DNA from: Folioceros fuciformis
Lineage: Eukaryota
Direction: 5' to 3'
Assembly (NCBI GenBank): GCA_049999805.1
Contig: JBNGIO010006217.1
Coordinates: 174,152 to 194,151 of the forward strand
Length of the DNA: 20,000 nucleotides
Part shown: one piece after another, positions 1-9,544 of the stretch
How positions within the stretch are numbered: position 1 is the stretch's first letter
Layout of the letters: the number at the start of each line of letters is the position of its first letter
Notes under the pieces: generated by a model
Seen by the model: only the letters and a program-made list of their open reading frames with translations
What the model was told of the DNA's origin: nothing
Databases searched by the model: none
Translations under genes and position numbers: made by a program

Positions 1-199
1 CACATCGATGTGTACTAGCTCTAAGAGCCCCAATCTTAGGGAATCAAGAGCAGTGAAGCTTCCTCATGATACAACATTGATAGGAGTGATTATCACCTGT
101 GTCTCTAACATTCAAACTTAAACTCTCAACCAAATTCTGGGACTGCATCAATTTAAGAGTATTAATGTTAGTATGGCCCAGACGTTGATGCCAAAGACT

Positions 200-1565
200 T
201 AAAGACATTCAAGCTGTTATTGGAGCGCCTTGCTTCGGACCCTCATGACGAGTCAACATGGACATTGTTTCTCTTTCTTCCCAGGTGGTGCCTTCGTCGT
301 TCCAAGGGTGGCCTTTCTGGTCACAAGGAAGTGGCCTCCCGCCTTCATCGGTTCCGGGCGCAGGATTGGGAGGCTTNNNNNNNNNNNNNNNNNNNNNNNN
401 NNNNNNNNNNNNNNNNNNNNNNNNNNNNNNNNNNNNNNNNNNNNNNNNNNNNNNNNNNNNNNNNNNNNNNNNNNNNAGTGGCCTCCCGCCTTCATCGGTT
501 CCGGGCGCAGGATTGGGAGGCTTTATAGGTGGAGGCCGGTTGTGCCACGAGATCAAGGTTGGAATCCGCCAAGTTGCACCAGGTCCATCAGGCAAAGGCA
601 CGTCTCAAGAGGTGTCTTTTACTTGGTCGGGCGGGGGAGTTTGCAAGAGCCGCCGAGGCCCTTCGGCCAGAGCCAATGGTGTCGCTCTTGGAGGAGTCCA
701 TCACCGCCCTCTGTGCTTTGCATCTAGGCTTTCCGAATTGCACTAGCTTCTTTCTCTACCGCGATGAGGTTCTGCCTTGGTTTGGTCCAGCTGTTGGCGT
801 GGTCTCTCTCTTCTTGTAGCTATGGGGTCCCCCTCGATGACCCCGGGAGCCACCTGACACGTTGCCCTATCGGCGGGCAATGCATCGCCACCTATAATGT
901 AGTGAGGGACGTTATGTTTTCTTTGGCCGAGGAGGGTGGCTTCTTCCCCTACAAGGAGCACCCATATACCTTGCTAAATGGCATCTCCCTCATTGTAGAC
1001 CTTTTCCTGACCAAGGGGGACCAGGTTTCTATAATGGATGTGGTGGTCGCAGATTCTACTTGGACAACCATCAGTAAGCACGTCGTTATCAACCCCCTGG
1101 GTTGGGCAACAGAAGGAAGCGCGACAAGGAAGACTTGAACGTACACGCCCGTACAGCAGGGTCACTTGTTCATCCCCCTTGCTATTAAAACACATGGGGC
1201 TATGGGTAAGGATTTTTCCAGGTTTTTGAAAACATGCGCGAAGGCTCATCACGTCAGTAGGAGCGGCATAGGGCTTCCCCTATCCAGCGTGGTGGCATTT
1301 TTCCAGCAACGGGTTTTGATTGCGCTACAAAAGGTAATAGCAAATGCAATTTTTCGGACAACATCGAGCATGGCAAATGCAGCGTCAGCGGTCCCGATGG
1401 TAAGTAGGCCATACCTTATACCTGAATGTGAAATCTTAGGGGCGATAGGGAGTTACAGGCTACGCAGATGAGGGGATTAGGACCCCCATTCTTGGCTTTT
1501 CCGCATTGTGGGTTGTTCCCCTTGTCACAGGGTAGATGGAATTTTCATCTCTTTTTTTCTATAAA
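200..1565 (+). mobile_element. Degenerate CRE-like non-LTR retrotransposon (restriction-like endonuclease type), internally deleted; no RT domain seen
   Basis: Frame 220-~725 reads W-x-LFLFLPRWCL...GG...RLHRF...DWEAL*...ARLKRCLLLGRAGEFARAAEAL...ALCALH, resembling the pre-RT helical region of CRE-clade ORFs (in-frame TAG 526-528). A second frame ~730-1471 gives RFCLG...C-S-Y-G..LDDPGSHLTRC..GG...VRD (degenerate CCHC knuckle), then VD...DVVVAD...K-x-*-x-Y...FIPLAIKTHGAMG...FQQRVLIALQK, the typical RLE C-terminus (in-frame TGA 1136-1138). Boundaries are approximate. Confidence 0.7.
377..476. other. Assembly gap (100 N) flanked by an identical 47-bp duplication
   Basis: 330-376 is identical to 477-523. 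Removing the gap plus one copy (147 nt) preserves the reading frame. Confidence 0.95.
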
Positions 1566-1895
1566 GTCTCCACGTTTCATATGGAGAGGAATAAGAAGAT
1601 GAAGTGGAGATGCTTGGATGTTATGTAGGAGTAAAGAAAATTCAAAACATAAACAAGGCTATGTATGAAACTAGAACGCAAAAGAATATTTGGCTAGTTT
1701 ATTTGGAGGAAACAAATTTAGAGTCTTGCGATGATGAACTGTGATGAGTATTTAATTTGCTTATGTTTCTCAAGATGACCTAATCTAGGTACTGTTCTGT
1801 AGCTCTTCTTAAGGTCCATATTTTGTGGTTTGTTTTTCATATATATAGTTCATATGGTGTCAAGTAGAACACGGGAAAGTTATAGCCATACAAGA

Positions 1896-2257
1896 TGGTA
1901 TTTTTAAGTTTTATAAAATGTTCGTATAGAAGTTGCTACTAATTGGCAAAGGTGCAACCAAGCTTAGTTTTACGAAATTGGCTCTTACCCTTTGACTTGC
2001 ATTCAATCATATCTAGGAAATCCAAAAAGCACATTTCAACATCATTTTGGAGAGTTGCTCAAGCTCTACATCATGGTTTTTTTTGTTTTGATAGAATGTT
2101 TATATGGATCTAGTTATGAATAGGGAAAAGTGTAGCCTAACTTAGTTTTATCCAATTATATCTTGCCCTTTACTAGCATTCAGTCCAAGCCTTGAAATCA
2201 AAGAAGCACGTACCATACCCCATTGTGTAGATATGCTCAAGCTCTATATAATGGTGT
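1896..2257. repeat. Degenerate tandem duplication, period ~178 bp (2 copies)
   Basis: cttagtttta at 1963/2141, gctcaagctcta at 2057/2235, and atggt-T-rich-aatgtt at ~1896/2073. Confidence 0.7.
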
Positions 2258-2574
2258 TCAATTGTGGACGTCAAGTGAGCACAACCGGGTGTTTTTTCTA
2301 CACAATGTGCTCATAACAATGAGTAAGATCTGATAAAGTTGTAATCAACTTAAGGTTGATTCTTCAGTCCTATGGAAAGAGCAGCCATGTCTCTAATAAT
2401 GTCACTTTCATTTTCCTCTTAGGCTTCTAATTTTTGAGACATGGAACTCAAGAGATTAATAGTATCAAATGCATTATCTTGACCGATCATCCTCTTTTTG
2501 GACATGACTTTATTGTTGACTCCACTTGTCAAAGAACTCTCCACACTCACCCTTTATGTGCAATGTATGAGCCT

Positions 2575-2584
2575 NNNNNNNNNN
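2575..2584. other. Assembly gap (10 N) flanked by an identical 41-bp duplication
   Basis: 2534-2574 is identical to 2585-2625. Confidence 0.95.
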
Positions 2585-3705
2585 GAACTCTCCACACTCA
2601 CCCTTTATGTGCAATGTATGAGCCTCACACACAACATGAGCACGATTATGCATGTCAAGGTCAAAAAAGTTAGATTATACACATGTTTCATATTTATTGT
2701 CAACTGGTATGGCATTGTGAACCTCGTCCATAATTTCAATTTCCACTTCTACATATAGGGCTCTGAATTCTTACCATAAGGCAACTTGCAAATGTTGTTC
2801 TTGGCACTACATAAGGCAATGAGAAGTTAGTGGCAAATAAAAAACCATTCACTTGTAAGGTTTACAACAAGTGGCTTATTTTATTCACTTGAAAGCCTTG
2901 TGACAACTTGTAAACCTTAAAACAAGTGACTTATTTGCAAGCTCCCGTTAAGCTGCTCTCTTGCTCAATACTAAACCCATCACATTCATCGTCACTACTA
3001 AAATCACTACCACTTATGTACCAAAATCTACTTTTCTTGTACATGCCCTATTCACAAAGGTGATGTAAAAATGTATCCATGTCAAATAAAGGAATGGTTG
3101 CTAAATAATGTACACAACATATGGACGACTAGAAATGAGATGCGCAGATAAGGTGATCGAACTGTGATAGCGTAAATAACAAAGTCCTCAACAATTCCAA
3201 GTTTTTGTATGACATAACCCGACCTCGTCGATCGCTTCGCCAGGAAACTATAAGTGGAATAACTTGTCATATAAAAGTATGCAGGCATCACCCAATCCCC
3301 GACTCTCCAATTTTCCATGTCAACGGAGCCTCCTTCCATTACTGGTCCCCAGGTAGGCACAGGAAGGAGCATTTGACACTCCGATCCCATTCTCAAAATC
3401 AATTTTAGAAGAAAAAAGAAAGAATGACAGAAACTATGAAGGCGACGTCATCCGAAAAATCGGTGGCGATGCTCACCCACGACCCTAGGGAACCTGACGA
3501 TGGCGACGGTCAGGAGTTCCCACCACAGTTGTGAGATGGGATGGGGTGGGCTAGTTGGTTGTCAAGACAAACACTGAAGAAATGGAATCTTCGCACGCCT
3601 CCCCGATCGGCAACAAGTCTCCCTGCTAGGAGTTTGAAACTAGGCGGCGGTTGGCCTGGACGAGTAGTACGTGTTAGGCCAATCCTTGCGCGAGGCAATC
3701 GTGAA

Positions 3706-6401
3706 TCATGCAACTCCGGCTGGAGCCGTCAAGCTGGAAATCTCGTTGACGACCTGTGCCTTGTCTTGTTCAAATTGCTCATCCTCTGCGTACACCATGA
3801 GACGAAGGCTAAGCAATCAACTAAGGGCGGTACTAAACACTGCCTATCGCCTCTATCATATCTGGAGGTACCTTTTTCCGTCTTGAAGGTACTGAAGAAC
3901 CGAAGCAGCTTGGTGCGGTTGCCGACAAGGATGCTCACAACGTCAGCAGGCTTACTGGCATTTGCAACAAACACCTGAAGCCTTGAAGCATGAACGTAAG
4001 TTAAGCCACCAAACAAGAACATGTTTCCGATGAACGAAACAGAAAAGTGAAACTGGACTTTGACGCTAAACCTTGAATACATGGAAAGCTTCAACTTGAA
4101 TGTTTTTGCTTGGATCCTGTAGTTGCAATCAACCCAATAAAGCTTAAATATGGATACGATAACAGAACGTACAGCAAACAGCACACGACACAACTGCGAC
4201 AGCATGCGGGACACTGTTAACCCAAAAGCAGAGCTACCACCCACCTTCAAAAGAGTCATGAGGATAATGAGATTCTCTTTTGAGCTGACATATCGCATCA
4301 TCACAGAGACATTTGCTCGATCCAGTAGAATGTCTCCAAGTAGCTACTTCCATCCACACTTTGTGTCAGACTTTCCATCAGAAAAGAAACAGCACCACAA
4401 TTTCAGATCATGATAGAGAGTACGGTGGAGCAAGAAAGCACTAGAGACATTTTCCACCAGAAAGGACGATGTCGTACGAGAAAGTCAAGTCACATGCACT
4501 TACAAACCTTCACTGCCTGTCGCCTTGTGATATATTTTTCTGACTCCAATAATTTAGTGTTGAAATTGGTGAAGAACTGCAGACGGAGAACCCGGATTCA
4601 ACATCGAATCCTAACTCCAGGACGGGAAAGAATTCAAAACATAAATACTCACCCATTCATAATTTTTGTTCAGGTACTCTGCGACAGTCGACTTGTGTCT
4701 CGTCAAAAGCTCCTGATTACCGAATAATAAGACAATGCACCAAAAACGCAATTAGGGCAGGAAAAGGGCAAAGTTAGGGCGGTTCAGTCCCCTAGTTCGC
4801 AGTCTAAGCAAGAGTTCAACGCACAGCATCAGGGTACAAGAACCCGAGAAAGAAGAGAAAAGCTAATTCGAGAATATGCTTCCCACTCAAACCCCTGTGG
4901 GAGCGATTCAGAAACCACTGTTCATTTTGCAGGTGAAAGACAAGCAAGCGCGTCTTGTAATAAGGGCCTCTTGCGGGTGTGACGCACAACTGACAGTTTG
5001 TGACGCAGCTCGTTACCGTTCACAGTATCTACAATATTGTGAACAGCAAGGAGTAAAGCTGACCTTAAAAGTTGCTGCAGCATCAGATGCCACATCAAAA
5101 TTGGGAAGCTCAATATACCCAAATATTTTTGCCATGTTTTCTGACTCCAGAACATACCTGACCATGTAACATTGGTAGCTATCAGCAGGTATGCTAGCCG
5201 GAAAGAAACATACCAACGATCAAAACTGAAAGCCCAACATACAGAAACACTACAGGACGGTGGCAGGCTTAGGTGAGCAACGTCGGAGATGACAAAATAT
5301 CATGCCTTGGCAAACTTTACACAGCAACTTCTAACACTACAAGAGGCCGAGCTTAGCAGAACGATAAGATGCCAGCGACACCTTACCGGGTAATGCTTTG
5401 ATGTCGAATACACTCTCGAAGCATGGAACCATAATGCAAAGCCACCTCGGGATTCTCATATCTGCAAAGGGAGCAAGCTAGATTACGCAGAATACCACCA
5501 AGACGAAGTTCAACACTAGTGCCGATGACTTTTGGACAGTATTTTATCACCGACTGGTGAGAGGGAAAGGGGCTTCATGATGTTAGACCCGCAAACAGCC
5601 TCCTGACAAGGAGAATCAAACAGAAACAGTCTCGCGACAGTACCCCTTCTATGATTCAGGCCAAGGATAAGGACGCAAGAACGGGCCCTCCCCCTACTGG
5701 ATGGGCCGGTTTAGGGCAACAAGAAGGCGCGACCAGGACGGATAGTCAGGTACGTTGATGCCTCGAAGATGCGTATACCCGCACCAAGAAGAAACCTCCT
5801 TCAACCCTGGCCGGGCTAGATCGCGTACTCACCCTGCAATAAGCCGATCCAGCAAATCCTTGTTCGCCTCCAAGTAGTCACAGGCAACAAGGCGGGATTG
5901 CACCTGCTGCCGCTGCAAGTTGGCAACCACTTGCGTGATATCCTTACGTGCCTACACGACGCCATCGACGCATATCAGACAGCTGCTCCAGAAGCAAAGA
6001 AGGGAACATGGAAAACTAATATCAGCCTGCCACCTCCAGTTCGAGCTTGGGAAGCACTAGGATAAGAAGCCTCAACGTGTTCTCCCGAAACACCTCCTGC
6101 GTCAATTGCGCTTGCACCTCCGGCACAGGCTCGCACTCGCTGTTCCCGTATAGAGCGATCTTCAGTTCCCGAATGTCCTTCACCAATTCGGCAATCTGCC
6201 ATAGGCGCAGCCGCAACAAGATAAGAGATCCGCACTGGTGGCGGCATTGCCCGCTGCTTGGCAAGCAAGCAGACACCGCACCTTCTCCTCCCTCTTAGGG
6301 TCGCGCAATGGCAGCTGATCCACAGTAAGCAGAAGGTCCCTGGTCGCCCGGACAAGCTCTTGAGCCGTCCGGGGCTTGGTCTTGAACAAACCCTTGGGCA
6401 T
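3706..6401 (-). CDS. MO25: MO25/CAB39-like protein (armadillo-like kinase scaffold), 11 exons, 341 aa
   Basis: Exons read manually (minus strand): 6401-6282, 6195-6034, 5951-5833, 5461-5387, 5157-5064, 4712-4653, 4576-4508, 4343-4245, 4116-4072, 3974-3872, 3785-3706; total 1026 nt, all introns GT..AG and in phase. The translation has MO25 motifs: [126 protein letters not shown]. Confidence 0.96.
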
Positions 6402-6890
6402 GGCTCCTGCCTAGCCTGCTCCCCACTCTTCCTTCAAATTACGGTGCACTGCACACGCGCAGCTGTGCTCGCCTTCATCGGCGGTGCTGTGCACCTTGCT
6501 GGCCCCAAATTCGGCTCCCACCTGCAGCGGCTCCCGGGAGCTGAGGGATTCACAGATAGCACCAGCAGAGTCCCTCGACCGTCACACCGCTAGCCCCAGC
6601 ATCGAGCAGGAACAAGCCGGAGAGATCGAGCGTGCCAACAATATCGTCCACACATGCTCTTCCTCCGCTGATCCTCCACATCTTCCCAGCCTCCGCTGCG
6701 CAGGCACAATCACCATGCGCTTCCTTGCACCTCCCCGAAGCAATGAGCAATGCCTGGCCCCAGCCGCTTCCAATGCTCGGCTAAAGTAAGAATAATGGGA
6801 TCATAGCGATCGTCACCAATCACTCAACTGCTTTCACCACACTTGGATCGATGCGGACCCATGTGCACATATCTCTCTGTACTCTCATGC

Positions 6891-6928
6891 ACATATATAT
6901 ATATATATATATATACATATATATATAC
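6891..6928. repeat. (AT)n microsatellite
   Basis: An AT dinucleotide run with one AC interruption. Confidence 0.95.
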
Positions 6929-7178
6929 GTCTTTTATCACATAACACATTCTATATATTAGACTTGGAGAACTTTCATCTCGCAAACAGGTTTTCGAATA
7001 AGATCTCATTATTATAAGCTATATTATTTCTTTTCCTAATATTTTATTCGAAAACATGTTCTACTGTATGTTGCATATATTCTTCCTAGAGAGAGATGTG
7101 ATATCTTCCCCTGGTTGTGCAGATCTTGTCAAACTTTTCTCTTGGTACACCAAACTTCGTTCCTCCTTTTTATGTGCC

Positions 7179-7317
7179 GGACACCTAGATTGTGTGCTAG
7201 GGACACTAGGGACACCCAGATTGTGTGCTAGGGACACTAGGGACACCCAAATTGTGTGCTAGGGACACCGAGATTATGTGCTAGGGACACTAGGGACACC
7301 CAGATTGTGTGCTAGGG
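7179..7317. repeat. Compound minisatellite: 5 x 22-bp GGACACCCAGATTGTGTGCTAG interspersed with 3 x 9-bp GGACACTAG
   Basis: Read directly. Unit order is 22-9-22-9-22-22-9-22, followed by GGTTTAGGG. Confidence 0.92.
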
Positions 7318-7414
7318 TTTAGGGTTGCCTCAAACACACAACTTCTTTCTCCAAGGCTTACACTGGTTATCACCTCTATGATTCTCAATCGAGTCAACAA
7401 GACTACAAAGAACA

Positions 7415-7633
7415 ACCACAAGCTATCGAGGACCTTGGGGATCAAAAGGCAAGGATAGGAAAGATAGGGAGTGACCACAAGCTACCGAGGACCTTGGGGA
7501 TCAAAAGGCAAGGATAGAAAAGATAGGGAGTGACCACAAGCTAATGAGGACCTTGTGGATAGAAAAAGTAGGGAGCGACCACAAGCTACCGAGGACCTTG
7601 GGGATCAAAAGGCAGTGATAGAAAAGGTAGGAA
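7415..7633. repeat. 59-bp tandem repeat, ~4 copies (third copy 14 bp shorter)
   Basis: ACCACAAGCTA..GAGGACCTTG..GATAG units start at 7415, 7474, 7533 and 7578. Confidence 0.92.
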
Positions 7634-9544
7634 GCCAGCATGATTTAGCTTGGCTGTAGCAATCCACATCTATTTACAAGATGTTGCTTTGGTTTTCAAG
7701 TTGTTCAAAACATGTCATGGTACAAGATGCTAGTCTAGCTTTCAAGTTGTACAAAACACCCTAACCTTGAGTCAAGCCTTCTTCACAAGGGAAGCACCAC
7801 AAGACAAAACAAGGAGAGTCCAAACCAAAATCACACCTACAGCGTTGAAGTGTTGAAAGCAACCCAATGCCAAAACAAAGACTATTCAAAATCGTTTATA
7901 CAAGTAATGAAATCCCTTCCCAAGTGATTAAGTGCATGGGAGAGGCATCCATTCAATAGCATTCCCAAGACACATCCATACAATAGCATTCTAGAAGAGG
8001 ACTGATTACAGGAATAGGTGTAGCAACCTTAATATGACTAGTGGTGAAGACAATGATGGACATGAGTTGGATGTTATTGGGTGGTCAAGGTGTGGCGGCC
8101 TCTAGCTCATACAATATGCAAATTGTAGCATTGGAGATGACTCCATTTAGAGGATCAAGCTCTTCATCAAGGGGTGAGAAGTTATGGACCATGAGGTAGA
8201 TTCTTCATGTGTTGTAGACATGAATTAAGTTTTGTGATGGCAGCATTGCAAATTGCAAGATGGAGGATGAGGTCCCCACACCTTTGGTAGGTTAAAGCTA
8301 TTTGTCTTCTTTGGATTAAGTTTTCCTTCCCATACTTGGTGTTTGTGCCGATCTATAAACTTTGATACCCTTCATTGTGGAACAAAGAGAAGTGCCCCAT
8401 AAGGTGAGAAGGCATGTAGGGTGAGAAGGCAAGCTCCTTTTGCAGATGTCTAAAATAACAAAGAAAAGCCTCTCCCCTACTAGGTGGAGGACATATGGTT
8501 TTTTCATTATAGATATCTAAACTCACAAGTCCATTACTTGAAAGAACCCCTAACTCTAGAGCCAAGGAAAAGAAAACCTTGCATCACATACCCTTGTACC
8601 AAAACTTTTATAACATCAAAGTTGATGTTGTCTATATTTGATAGAATGGAAGAATGTGATATACTAAAAATAGAATATCGTTCTCGCCTACCTTGCAAGT
8701 GTAATTATATTATTAAAAAAAGATTAAAAAAAAAATCCATCTACCCCAAAGAAGAGGAGAACAACTTGAAGGGTTACTACCTCCAATATCTATGAACTAA
8801 TCCTAAAAAACTCCTCCTTGAGTGCTTTATTTATTTTAGAAGAACGAGATGAAAAAACCTATCTACCCTTAGAGATAAACCATGAAAGGTACACAAGGTG
8901 CTAACTCCCTCAAGCCTAAAGATTATTGATTAGCACCTAAAACATGATTTGGGAAGAGAAAGGGTCTAGGGTTGGTAACACTTCCTCTCTTACCACATGG
9001 TCATCCTTATATGGTATTAGAAAAGACCTAAAAAACCTTAAAAAAAAAAAGACAAACCTAGAACACCTAAAAAAATAAGAAAAGACAACCTAGAACAGAG
9101 AATCCACTCTATCTAGTATGGATTTATGGGCAGAGATGTTTTAAATAATAAAAGAATTTATTGAAAGATAAATAATAAATAATATTAATGCTATAAAGTA
9201 AAAAATTGGAAGTAGAGAAGACAAGAAAATTAATATAATAGTTGGTCTTGGGAAGATCACCTGTTGATAGACAACTCATGGATGGTGGAGTTTGGATGAA
9301 TCATTGCTTTCAAGAAAAGCACACCATCATGGAGAAGGTAGCTTCTCCAAAGCTGCCGGGGTTGAAGCTGAGTTTACAGCATCACGTTTCTGTGCTGTCT
9401 TGCACGAAGGTGTAGCAATCAGTGTTCTAGATTTGATATGGGGTCCATAGATTTCATGAGCATCACTAGCCATTCTGCCACAGCGTAACTACAGATGTGT
9501 TTAAGTATGTCGTAGGCCTATTGTCCGAGAGCAGGGCCCGGAAG

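Noticed and set aside
330-523. 47-bp direct repeat around the first gap (and 41-bp repeat 2534-2625 around the second) as target-site duplications
   Set aside because: The copies are identical and abut N-runs exactly. This is typical of unmerged overlapping contig ends, so an assembly artefact.
3510-6789. Numerous short ORFs on both strands in the ORF track
   Set aside because: Explained as exon/intron read-through or antisense shadows of the MO25 gene and its 5' region.
7313-7326. TAGGGTTTAGGG as interstitial telomere
   Set aside because: Fewer than two full units, so insufficient on its own.
7179-7633. CRISPR-like arrays (also 17112-17272 and 17573-17760)
   Set aside because: Head-to-tail repeats with no unique spacers, no cas genes, and a spliceosomal-intron eukaryotic context.
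8484-8795. 103-aa ORF; the segment ILKIEYRSRLPCKCN is vaguely transposon-like
   Set aside because: Too short, runs into A-rich low-complexity sequence, and no family can be supported without a search.
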